Source: an uncultured Candidatus Saccharibacteria bacterium
GTDB taxonomy: Bacteria > Patescibacteriota > Minisyncoccia > UBA6257 > 1-14-0-10-44-23
Assembly: GCA_964641225.1 (NCBI GenBank)
Contig: CAZXKC010000006.1
Coordinates: forward strand, 1 to 59,546
DNA length: 59,546 bases
Direction of reading: 5' to 3'
Part shown: positions 8,991 to 16,785 of the stretch, piece by piece
Layout: the number at the start of each line of letters is the position of its first letter
Position numbering within the stretch: the stretch's first letter is position 1
Notes under the pieces: generated by a model
Databases searched by the model: none
Seen by the model: the letters and a program-made list of their open reading frames with translations, nothing else
Told to the model about the DNA's origin: nothing
Translations under genes and position numbers: made by a program

Positions 8991-9764
8991 TTACTCAATC
9001 GTCAGCGTTCCTGTCATGCTCGTATTATAGTTGTCGCGGAATTTGTATGCGCCCGGGGCGAGTGAGCTTGTATATAAGACATATGAGGCGCCGACAGCAA
9101 GCACGTGTTCACCGCCTAATGTAGGGAAGATTACGGCGTGAACGCCTACGTCGTTATTTGTAAAGAATACGATGCTGCCTTGAGAGACCGTGAGTGCAGC
9201 AGGACTGAAGGCTCCATTTTTCATTCCAATGGTGTAGCTTTGATTGGCAGTTGCCGGTACGTTTGCTTCAAAGCGCACTTGGAATGGATTGCCATTAACA
9301 TCTTTGAGCTGAAGATCCTCTGCAGTTGAGAATACCTTGTTGCCGTTATCAGAATATAAGTTTGCGTAGTAAATACCTGCAGGGGAGAGTGCGACGTTTG
9401 CCTTAACGTTTGTGTGCGTGCCGCGCGAGAGCAGCGGGCTGGCGCCCAATACTGCTCCTTGGATTTCTTTCGGGCCATCATGGGCAACTGAGCGAATTAC
9501 GACAAAGCCGGCTTTTTCAAGAGTTGCTGAGGCAATTATCGTTGATGAGTTGGGCTTTTGATTTTTGACTACTAGAGCGTTGTTAATTTTTGTTGCTGTC
9601 GTTGTGGTCGGTTTCGTAGGAGTCGGCGCTGTTGTAGTAGGAGTTTGCGTAACTGGCTGTTGCGTTTCATCCGGCGGTAGTGCAGGGGAGCTGCCTTGCT
9701 GCATCAGAATAATAATGAAGACGATGACCGCGACTACCAGAAGCCACAATAATTTTTTATTCAT
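8991..9764 (-). CDS. Exported or membrane-anchored hypothetical protein with a Thr/Pro linker and a cupredoxin-like C-terminal domain
   Basis: 257 aa. N-terminal hydrophobic anchor, PT-rich linker, beta-rich C-terminus. The cupredoxin-like assignment is tentative. Confidence 0.6.
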   Translation of the reverse strand: MNKKLLWLLVVAVIVFIIILMQQGSSPALPPDETQQPVTQTPTTTAPTPTKPTTTTATKINNALVVKNQKPNSSTIIASATLEKAGFVVIRSVAHDGPKEIQGAVLGASPLLSRGTHTNVKANVALSPAGIYYANLYSDNGNKVFSTAEDLQLKDVNGNPFQVRFEANVPATANQSYTIGMKNGAFSPAALTVSQGSIVFFTNNDVGVHAVIFPTLGGEHVLAVGASYVLYTSSLAPGAYKFRDNYNTSMTGTLTIE

Positions 9765-9964
9765 ATGAGTTAATAACTGTTTATACCAGTATACCGTACA
9801 TTTTTATTTTCACTTTTTATCCTTTCAAGATACAAGTTATGCACTTTTTTTGTTGTGTTGGCATTGCGCTGTGCGCTAATGCTGTCATGATGAGAAAGAG
9901 CTTAAACGATTTCTTTTTGTATCTTTAAAACGTCGTGCAAAAAGACACTAAGATGTATTTGTAT

Positions 9965-10054
9965 ATGAAAAAGAAAAAGGCAAAAAAGACAGCGAAAAGG
10001 AGAACTGTTAAACGAACTGTAAAGCGAAAGACTGCAAAGAAGAGCCGTCGTTAG
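9965..10054 (+). CDS. Candidate 29-aa highly basic peptide (MKKKKAKKTAKRRTVKRTVKRKTAKKSRR)
   Basis: ATG-to-TAG frame read by hand; it is below the ORF-track cutoff. It lies directly 5' of the structured element. Coding status is uncertain. Confidence 0.25.
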   Translation: MKKKKAKKTAKRRTVKRTVKRKTAKKSRR

Positions 10055-10059
10055 AAAAA

Positions 10060-10339
10060 GACCCCTATCACGATATATACTTTATCCCGCGCCCTAGATA
10101 CATTTTCATTAGCTCAAGGAGAGACACCGCAAGGAGTAGAGTTTACTCTACTTCGAGGATGTCCCGACATAGAGATGGTGAAAATGTATCAGGTCCCGAA
10201 GGGTTGCTAGCCCGTTTCGTCGTCTGCGTTGTTACGAGTCATAAGCCGAAGTTAAAAAAATTCTGTCTTACGACTCGCGTCTAGCAGCCGAACGAAACGG
10301 ATCAGCAACGCGAGGAAAAGATTTATCGTGATAGGGGTC
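10060..10339 (+). ncRNA. Repeated structured RNA element, full copy 1 (~280 nt)
   Basis: A perfect 16-bp closing helix (GACCCCTATCACGATA / TATCGTGATAGGGGTC) encloses several internal helices. An 81-nt core (10149-10229) is identical to the reverse complement of 50487-50567. An intrinsic terminator follows on the plus strand. Confidence 0.6.
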
Positions 10340-10367
10340 GAGAGCCCTTACGGGCTCTTTTAATTTT
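10340..10367 (+). terminator. Rho-independent terminator after the structured element
   Basis: AGAGCCC-ttac-GGGCTCT followed by TTTAATTTT. The T-run is on the plus strand only. Confidence 0.6.
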
Positions 10368-12545
10368 CTAGACTTCGATAATCACGGGCAGAATCATGGG
10401 GCGGCGCAGTGTCTTGTTGTAGAGCGCTAAGCCGAGCTGGTCGCGAATAATGCCTTTGATGTAATCGCTCTCAGCTTCTTGGCGCACCTTGCTCTGATTT
10501 ACTTGGTTAACAAGCGTTTTTACTTTCAGACGAATGTCGCTCATGAGTGTGCCTTGATCCTTGAGATAGATAAAGCCGCGGCTGATGATGTCCGGATTTT
10601 TTACTAATTTACCGGTACGTTTTTCAATCGTGCAGATAACGACGATCATACCTTCTTGGGCAAGTAATTTGCGATCACGCAGCACCACGGCTTCGACGTC
10701 GCCGACGCCGAGTCCGTCGACCATGACGTAGGTCGAGTCGACATGCTGTTCGGTCGGGCGGATACCGTTTTCGGTAAGCTCAACAATCTGTCCGTTGTCG
10801 ACAACGATGACGCGGTCTTTTGGAATTCCGACGCTTTTCATGTTGTGATAGTTCGCGGCGCGCATATAGATGTGGCCGTGGACAGGGATGATGTACTTCG
10901 GCTTACAAAGCTTCGCAACGAGCGCCAAGTCCGGACCAGGGCAGTGACCTGAAGAGTGGATGTCTAAGTCGCTGTTGGTGTGTACTTCTGCGCCCTGACG
11001 GACGAGGTTGTCTTTGACGGCCTGCACCGAGCGTTCGTTACCCGGAATAACCGAGGAGCTGAAGATAACGGTATCGGTGTTTTTGATTTTGACGTACTTG
11101 TGTTCGCCATTAATGATGCGCATCAAGCCGGCGTTTTCCTGGCCCTGGGCACCGGTCGTTAGCACGAGAACCTTGTTGTCCTCATGCTTCTGGACCTCTT
11201 CGATTGGAATTAGCGAACCGTTTTTGTAGGACAAGTAGCCAAGCTGACGGGCGATTTCAAGGTTGTCTTTCATCGAGCGGCCGTTGATAGCAACTTTGCG
11301 ACCGATTTTTTCGGCGATCTTGATGATTTCCGCGAGACGCTCGATCATTGAGGCGAAGGTGGAAAGAATAATACGGCCCTCGGATTTGAGGAATAACTTC
11401 TCGATGTTCTCGATAACGATTTCTTCGGAGACGGTGTGGCCCTCCTCGTGAGCATTAGTCGAGTCGATAAGCAGTGAGTGCACGCCCTGGGTGCCGAGCC
11501 ATTCGTATTCTTGCAGGTTAAACGGGTTACCCTCGCGGTCGTACTCCAAACGGAAGTCGGCGAAGTGTACCATTTTGCCAACCGGAGTTTCGAGCATCAC
11601 GCCGGTAGTATCCGGGACAGTGTGCGCAACACCAAAGAATTCGGCCGTAAAGTGTTCGCTGATTTTGGAGCGGGTGTGGTTTTTGATAACTTCAAAACGC
11701 ATCTTCGGCGCGTTTGGCATTTCGTCTAAGCGTTTCTTCAAGATTTCGCGAATCAGCTGCGTTCCGTAAATGACCGGATTGCCAAGCTTTTCAAGCACGT
11801 AGGGGACTGCGCCAAAGTGGTCGTAGTGCGCATGCGTGATTATTATGCCTTTGATGTTCTTTTTCTTTTTTTCAAGATAGCTGATGTTCGGAATAATCCA
11901 GTCGATGCCCGGTGTGTCCTCCTCAGGGAACTGAATACCCATGTCGATGATAACGATTTCGTCGTTGTACTCAAAGAATGAGCAGTTGCGGCCGACCTCT
12001 TCGAGTCCACCAAGTGGAATCCAGTAGAGTGTGTCGCGTTTAAGGGGGACATCACCAGTTAGGGCGCCTTCTTTCTTAATGAACTTGCGTTCACTAAACA
12101 TCGTGATCATTTGCTGGCGCGGCATTCGATTGGTTCGATTTTTAATCGGTTTGTTCGAAAGCTCACGCGGCGTTATACCACCCTTATCGATTTGTGGGCG
12201 AGCAGCGTGTTCTTGGGCGCGTTGTGCCTGGTGCTGTTTTGCCTCTGCATCTGTAAAGACGCGGCCACCATCGATGTGAACGGCACGGCGCGTTTGCTGA
12301 ATTTTAAAGACGCCGGTTTTGATCGGCGTTTGCCCAGTCTCGCCCGGATGGCGATTCGAGGCGGACGGTTTTAGAGCCGCTTCGGCGTCGCTCGGCATCA
12401 GCGGTTTGCTGTTAGTGACTGAATGAGGCAGGTGGCTTGCGGCTGGCTTGCCCGCTGCGGCGGGACCACGACTTACGACTGATCGAAAGCGCGGGCGATT
12501 ATTAGGGCGCCGTCCTTTTGACGGCTCTTTTATATTAGGAGTCAT
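10368..12545 (-). CDS. rnj: Ribonuclease J with a ~165-aa basic, low-complexity N-terminal extension
   Basis: Metallo-beta-lactamase HAHYDH motif and beta-CASP/RNase J architecture from about aa 170. The start at 12545 is supported by a TAATAA hexamer 6 nt upstream. Confidence 0.88.
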   Translation of the reverse strand: MTPNIKEPSKGRRPNNRPRFRSVVSRGPAAAGKPAASHLPHSVTNSKPLMPSDAEAALKPSASNRHPGETGQTPIKTGVFKIQQTRRAVHIDGGRVFTDAEAKQHQAQRAQEHAARPQIDKGGITPRELSNKPIKNRTNRMPRQQMITMFSERKFIKKEGALTGDVPLKRDTLYWIPLGGLEEVGRNCSFFEYNDEIVIIDMGIQFPEEDTPGIDWIIPNISYLEKKKKNIKGIIITHAHYDHFGAVPYVLEKLGNPVIYGTQLIREILKKRLDEMPNAPKMRFEVIKNHTRSKISEHFTAEFFGVAHTVPDTTGVMLETPVGKMVHFADFRLEYDREGNPFNLQEYEWLGTQGVHSLLIDSTNAHEEGHTVSEEIVIENIEKLFLKSEGRIILSTFASMIERLAEIIKIAEKIGRKVAINGRSMKDNLEIARQLGYLSYKNGSLIPIEEVQKHEDNKVLVLTTGAQGQENAGLMRIINGEHKYVKIKNTDTVIFSSSVIPGNERSVQAVKDNLVRQGAEVHTNSDLDIHSSGHCPGPDLALVAKLCKPKYIIPVHGHIYMRAANYHNMKSVGIPKDRVIVVDNGQIVELTENGIRPTEQHVDSTYVMVDGLGVGDVEAVVLRDRKLLAQEGMIVVICTIEKRTGKLVKNPDIISRGFIYLKDQGTLMSDIRLKVKTLVNQVNQSKVRQEAESDYIKGIIRDQLGLALYNKTLRRPMILPVIIEV

Positions 12546-12664
12546 GATTAATTATTAATTTTTAATTACTTTTTTGATATTAAGTTCAGGGTGGCGTGAA
12601 CCAGAACAAGTACGGTTCACGCCTGCCCCGAACCGTGCGCGCTTTGCGCGCTCTGGTTCAGGGG

Positions 12665-12746
12665 TGCCGCGGGTGGGAGTTGAACCCACATGAGTTGCCT
12701 CGTACGCACCTGAAGCGTATGCGTCTGCCAATTTCGCCACCGCGGC
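12665..12746 (-). tRNA. tRNA-Leu (anticodon CAG)
   Basis: Hand-folded. Acceptor GCCGCGG/CCGCGGC, anticodon stem TACGC/GCGTA with loop TTCAGGT, long variable arm, T-arm GTGGG-TTCAACT-CCCAC. CCA is not encoded. Confidence 0.85.
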
Positions 12747-12774
12747 ATTCTTTGAGATTTTTTGCAGTCATCCC

Positions 12775-12852
12775 GAAGCCGAGGGATCTCATTCTGGATT
12801 CCGGCTCTGCTGGCCGGAATGACAGAGGGGTGTAATGAGATGCTTCGGCTTC
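12775..12852 (-). other. Long GC-rich compound hairpin downstream of the PGI/PMI gene
   Basis: 19-nt arms (GAAGCCGAGGGATCTCATT / AATGAGATGCTTCGGCTTC, 2 mismatches) enclose an inner 8-bp hairpin (ATTCCGGC/GCCGGAAT). No U-tail. Confidence 0.4.
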
Positions 12853-12871
12853 AGCATGACGACGAGAGCGC

Positions 12872-13885
12872 TTACAAACTTTTTTGTTTTGCCAAATCTT
12901 TTATCTTGTTTACTACTTCAAGTCCGAGGGGATTTCGATTGATGCGTTTTGCTGTTTCCAGTCCGATCCACTGCGCCATTGCTATGCCATTTGCCGTTAT
13001 CTCGAGGGGAGTCTTACCCGGCACCTGTATAGTTTCTGACGCAATGCCGTACTCGTCAAGCGTGGCCGCCGTTAATTCAAATTCCTTTTGGCGCTGCGTA
13101 TATTCTGCTTCGCTGGTTATAAAAAGTGCATATATATTTTTCGGCTTGGTTTCAATTAAATTTAATTCGTTGTGATTAACTTCAGGGATCGTGTTTGCAA
13201 AGGCTAGTGTTTTACCAGTTTCAGTAATACTGATTTTAACGATCTGGCCGAGATGGCTTAGCGATTGTGTTGAATATGCTAAAACAGTTTTTCCAGACAT
13301 CCGCGCGGCTGTCTTTTCGGCGCGCTTTGCAAACCAGTCAGAATCAATCTGCGCGGAGAGGTCGGGAATATGTAGGCGGGGGAAAACGGATTTCAGAATC
13401 TGTAACGTTGCATAGAGCGTGAGCCCATAGGCTTGTCGAGGCTGAAGCGTACTGTCTGCACTAAATGTTGCGTGCGGCAGCTGTTTCGCTTGTGCCTGTT
13501 CTAAGAGTGTTCCACCACCAGCAACCACCGCGACTAATTTTTTCGCTTTGACTGCTTTTGTGAAGCCATCAAGCGTTTCGCGAGTGTTGCCGGAGAAAGA
13601 AACAAAGATATAGAGGGGGTTTTTGAAGGGAAGCTGGGGTAGTCCCGAGTCCTTCCATGTCACAACCGGTACACCTACAATAGCACAGTCTAGGATATTT
13701 TGCAAGATGCTACCGGGCGTTCCCGACCCGCCCATGCCAATAAAGCAGATGGAATCAGGCTTTTTAGTCTTTACAGCCTTTTTAAGGATATCCATATTTC
13801 CGGCTTTTATCGCATCAAAACTAAGCTGTTTTGGGAATGCTAAAATATTGCTTTTAAAGAGGTTTTGATCGGATTTGAGAGACAT
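12872..13885 (-). CDS. Bifunctional phosphoglucose/phosphomannose isomerase (SIS family)
   Basis: 337 aa. GMGGSG, SFSGNTRET and EVNHNE motifs typical of the PGI/PMI family. Confidence 0.75.
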   Translation of the reverse strand: MSLKSDQNLFKSNILAFPKQLSFDAIKAGNMDILKKAVKTKKPDSICFIGMGGSGTPGSILQNILDCAIVGVPVVTWKDSGLPQLPFKNPLYIFVSFSGNTRETLDGFTKAVKAKKLVAVVAGGGTLLEQAQAKQLPHATFSADSTLQPRQAYGLTLYATLQILKSVFPRLHIPDLSAQIDSDWFAKRAEKTAARMSGKTVLAYSTQSLSHLGQIVKISITETGKTLAFANTIPEVNHNELNLIETKPKNIYALFITSEAEYTQRQKEFELTAATLDEYGIASETIQVPGKTPLEITANGIAMAQWIGLETAKRINRNPLGLEVVNKIKDLAKQKSL

Positions 13886-13894
13886 GCGAGGTGT

Positions 13895-15574
13895 TTATTG
13901 GGCGCTGCTACTTGCTGCTTTAAAGACCCGCGCGGTTTTGAGATACCACTCGTAGGCGTTTGAGAGGTGGTCTGCGGGCGAGCTGATGAGCGGGCGGACA
14001 ATACCTCCTAGATCAGTTGGAGCGGCGTATAAATAGAGCGGTGAATAGAGGAAGATGGCCGGCTTATCGGTGTTAATCTGTTCTTGAATTTTTACGACCG
14101 CATCGGTACGTGTTGTAGGGTCAAAGGTTGTGCGAGCCTGTTCAATCAGTTTGTCGACAGTTTTGTTGTTATACATCGCCAGATTTAAACCAGGTGAAAA
14201 TTGCTGACTGCTGTGCCAGAAGGAGAATAAGTCGGAATTTGCACGCAAAATATTACCAAATAAAAGCAGTTGGTAGGTGCGCGGTTTGATTGCCGCCTCT
14301 TCAATTGCGTCCGGTGGCACTATTTTAACGGTAACTTTTACGCCAAGTGCCTGCCACTGTTCTTTGAGTATATCGGCTGTCTGTGTCAAAAACGGTAAGT
14401 CTGGCGTGGTTAATTCAAGATCAAGCCGCTGGACGGTTTTGCCGACGGTGCGTGTTTGTACGCCATCTTGGCCGATTCTCCAGCCCTGCTTGGCTAAGAG
14501 CGCCTTTGCCTCTTCAAAGGAAAAATGATCAGCAGCATAGGTCGAGCTGCTGTACTCAGGTAATTGCTGGCTGACAGGGCCATGCGCGATGACGGCGGTG
14601 TCGCCAAAAATTTCCTGCGCAATCGCGGCTTTGTCTGTCGCCAAAGCGAGCGCCGTGCGCACCGAGTTGTCTTTAAAGGCCGCTGTTACTGTTGGATTAA
14701 AGAAGAGCGCGTAGTATTGCGGCAGCGGGAGCTTGTAGAGAGTATGATTTATTTTTAAGTCGGCGACGCGATCTTGGCTGATGCCGCCGAGGCCATCAAT
14801 TTGCTTATGATTAAATGCGAGTAGTGCATCTTGATAGGTTGAGAAGAAGTTGAGACTGAATTTCTCAATTAATGCGCGCGGTCCGGCATAGAGATTGCTT
14901 GCGGTGAGGTGATACGCGGTAATGATGCCGTCTTTTTGTTTTTCGTAACTGACAAATGAGTATGGTCCGCTGGTGACCGGCTCAAGGTTGTAGTTTGACA
15001 GACGGATGTTGGCTATCGGAACGTTTTCAAAAATGTGCGCCGGTGCAATGCGCAGCTGCTTGAGTGCATCGCCAAAATAGCTATATGGAGCCTTGAGTGT
15101 GAATCGAACTTGCACGCCGCTGACGCGTTCAACGGTCACGCCCTGCCAGTTATTAAAGAGAGGGCTGCCGGCGTCTGGGTGCTGAATTGTTTGCACGGTA
15201 AAGACGACGTCGTCGCTTGTGATGGCCTTACCATCGCTCCAGGTCATGTCGGTTTTTAGCGTAACGAGCCAGACCTTGCCGGTTGAGCTGGTTGCGTAGC
15301 GCTCTGAGAGCGTTGGCAGATCAGCAAACATCATGGTGACCAAATCACGATCTACTGCAGAGCTGCCGATATACATCGGATTGATTGCAGTCGGTTGTCC
15401 GATAAGGCCTTCGGTGTATTCTCCGCCGCGGGCTGGAGCGATTGTTGTGTGCAGGGTCAGCAGGCTCCAGAGTGCGAGTGAGCCGCTGGCTATGGCAAGT
15501 ACGCCGCAGGCTATAAAGATGCCGCGTTCGGCTGATGTCAGATTTTTAAAAATGCGAATAAGATAGCTGAGCAT
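13895..15574 (-). CDS. ABC transporter substrate-binding protein, family 5 (peptide/nickel type)
   Basis: 559 aa. N-terminal membrane anchor and SBP_bac_5-like sequence throughout. Confidence 0.75.
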   Translation of the reverse strand: MLSYLIRIFKNLTSAERGIFIACGVLAIASGSLALWSLLTLHTTIAPARGGEYTEGLIGQPTAINPMYIGSSAVDRDLVTMMFADLPTLSERYATSSTGKVWLVTLKTDMTWSDGKAITSDDVVFTVQTIQHPDAGSPLFNNWQGVTVERVSGVQVRFTLKAPYSYFGDALKQLRIAPAHIFENVPIANIRLSNYNLEPVTSGPYSFVSYEKQKDGIITAYHLTASNLYAGPRALIEKFSLNFFSTYQDALLAFNHKQIDGLGGISQDRVADLKINHTLYKLPLPQYYALFFNPTVTAAFKDNSVRTALALATDKAAIAQEIFGDTAVIAHGPVSQQLPEYSSSTYAADHFSFEEAKALLAKQGWRIGQDGVQTRTVGKTVQRLDLELTTPDLPFLTQTADILKEQWQALGVKVTVKIVPPDAIEEAAIKPRTYQLLLFGNILRANSDLFSFWHSSQQFSPGLNLAMYNNKTVDKLIEQARTTFDPTTRTDAVVKIQEQINTDKPAIFLYSPLYLYAAPTDLGGIVRPLISSPADHLSNAYEWYLKTARVFKAASSSAQ

Positions 15575-15614
15575 GTGCTGATGTATTCATTATACCCGCA
15601 CAGCCACCGCACGA

Positions 15615-15953
15615 CTACTTTGTCGTGGTAGTTCCAGGCGTGATCGTGATTGGTGCTGAACTTGAGGCGTTGATGTTGACCGTCGGCGTTGTGCTGCTGG
15701 CGTTATCTGAAGTCGTGCTTATAGCTGGGTGATAGAGCAGACTGAAGAGCGCGAGGCCGGCAAAGACAACAATTAAGATGATCGTGAGCCAATAGAAAAG
15801 ACGTTCAAGGCCGCGGCGCTGTTGATAGATTCCGCCACCGCCACCTGCGCCGCCAAGAAATCCTGAGGCGTCGCTGTCGCGCTGTTGGAGAAGGATAAGG
15901 ACGATGACTGCGGCTGAAACGATGATTTGAGCAATACTAATGGCCTGTTGCAT
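15615..15953 (-). CDS. secG: Preprotein translocase subunit SecG with a Ser/Thr-rich C-terminal tail
   Basis: Two TM segments separated by a Gly-rich loop (LLQQRDSDASGFLGGAGGGGG), typical of SecG. Confidence 0.75.
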   Translation of the reverse strand: MQQAISIAQIIVSAAVIVLILLQQRDSDASGFLGGAGGGGGIYQQRRGLERLFYWLTIILIVVFAGLALFSLLYHPAISTTSDNASSTTPTVNINASSSAPITITPGTTTTK

Positions 15954-15972
15954 ACGCTATATATAGAAAACG

Positions 15973-16329
15973 TTATGATTTCGGACGATGTACTATATGA
16001 ATCAGTACATTGACGATCGTAATAATGAGTGTGCCTGCTACTAATGCAGGCAATCCCGTTATAGTAAGGTTTTGGCTGTACAAGTCAAGGATATAGAGCA
16101 GCCCACCGGTAATGACCAGATTAAAGAGTCCAAAGGTTAAAATAATCAGCGGGCCGAGGAAGAAACGAATGAGCGGCTTGATGACAACGTTTAAAACAGT
16201 AAAAACAGCAACCAGTGCACCAAAGGCTTGCCAGTTGTTAATATTGAGATCAAATCCGGCGATAAAGTAGGCGCTGCCGGCGAGCGCTATCGCGTTACCA
16301 ACTAGGCTCCAGAGAAGTTGGGAGAGCAT
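15973..16329 (-). CDS. Four-TM membrane protein, DUF360 / holin superfamily IV-like
   Basis: 118 aa. Hydrophobic pattern and KPLIRFFLGPLIILTFGLF resemble the YvlD/DUF360 family. Confidence 0.6.
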   Translation of the reverse strand: MLSQLLWSLVGNAIALAGSAYFIAGFDLNINNWQAFGALVAVFTVLNVVIKPLIRFFLGPLIILTFGLFNLVITGGLLYILDLYSQNLTITGLPALVAGTLIITIVNVLIHIVHRPKS

Positions 16330-16407
16330 ACATAGAGTTTAGCATATAAGGCGCGCGGGCGGTCACGACTCGAAGGTCGGACCGCCCGGTGTAGGCGATG
16401 AAGGGAG

Positions 16408-16617
16408 CTATCCTTGCGGCAGCTCTCTTCGTATGTGAAGCCGTCCGGCAAGCTGAGCGGAGATCTGATCCGAGAGTCGTCGTCGCTCTATTGTTTCAGG
16501 ATCTTCGCGCAGCTTGCGCTGTTCGTCCGCGAAGGTGGCGAGCTGCTCTTTGACGAGAGCCTCAACTGATCTTCGCAGCGAGTTGCTGGTGCGGCGAGGT
16601 TTCTTGGGCATGCGCAC
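16408..16617 (-). CDS. Hypothetical small basic / coiled-coil protein (GC-rich cassette C)
   Basis: The likely start is the ATG at 16611, with AAGGAGG 5 nt upstream. A 9-bp GC hairpin (CGGGCGGTC/GACCGCCCG) lies downstream on the minus strand. Confidence 0.55.
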   Translation of the reverse strand: MRMPKKPRRTSNSLRRSVEALVKEQLATFADEQRKLREDPETIERRRLSDQISAQLAGRLHIRRELPQG

Positions 16618-16662
16618 CTCCTTGTACTTCTTTTAGTATAGCGCTTTTAAAGATTTTGCAAC

Positions 16663-16682
16663 ATATCTCATATATGAGATAT
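16663..16682. repeat. 20-bp perfect palindrome ATATCTCATATATGAGATAT (variant of the recurrent motif)
   Basis: Read directly; it is its own reverse complement. Confidence 0.9.
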
Positions 16683-16746
16683 TCCCAGCGGTTTGGAAGG
16701 CTGTATTCTGATGGTTTTTGCTCGTTATTCAGGTTCAATTGCTTGC

Positions 16747-16768
16747 ATTATATCATATATGATATAAT
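16747..16768. repeat. 22-bp perfect palindrome ATTATATCATATATGATATAAT (recurrent motif copy 1), containing TGATATAAT
   Basis: Read directly. The right half is an extended -10 element 17 nt upstream of the HTH-murA ATG. Confidence 0.9.
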
Positions 16769-16785
16769 TATCTGACTTTACTACT

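Noticed and set aside
10180-10215. SRP (4.5S) RNA, suggested by the CAGGUCCCGAAGGGUUGCUAGCC segment of the repeated element. 6S RNA, RNase P RNA, tmRNA and small self-cleaving ribozyme cores were also considered.
   Set aside because: The element is multi-copy and lacks the conserved SRP helix-8 loop sequences (GGAA tetraloop with AGCA/GGAA internal loops). RNase P (GAGGAAAGUCC), tmRNA (tRNA-like ends) and hammerhead (CUGAUGA...GAAA) signatures are also absent.
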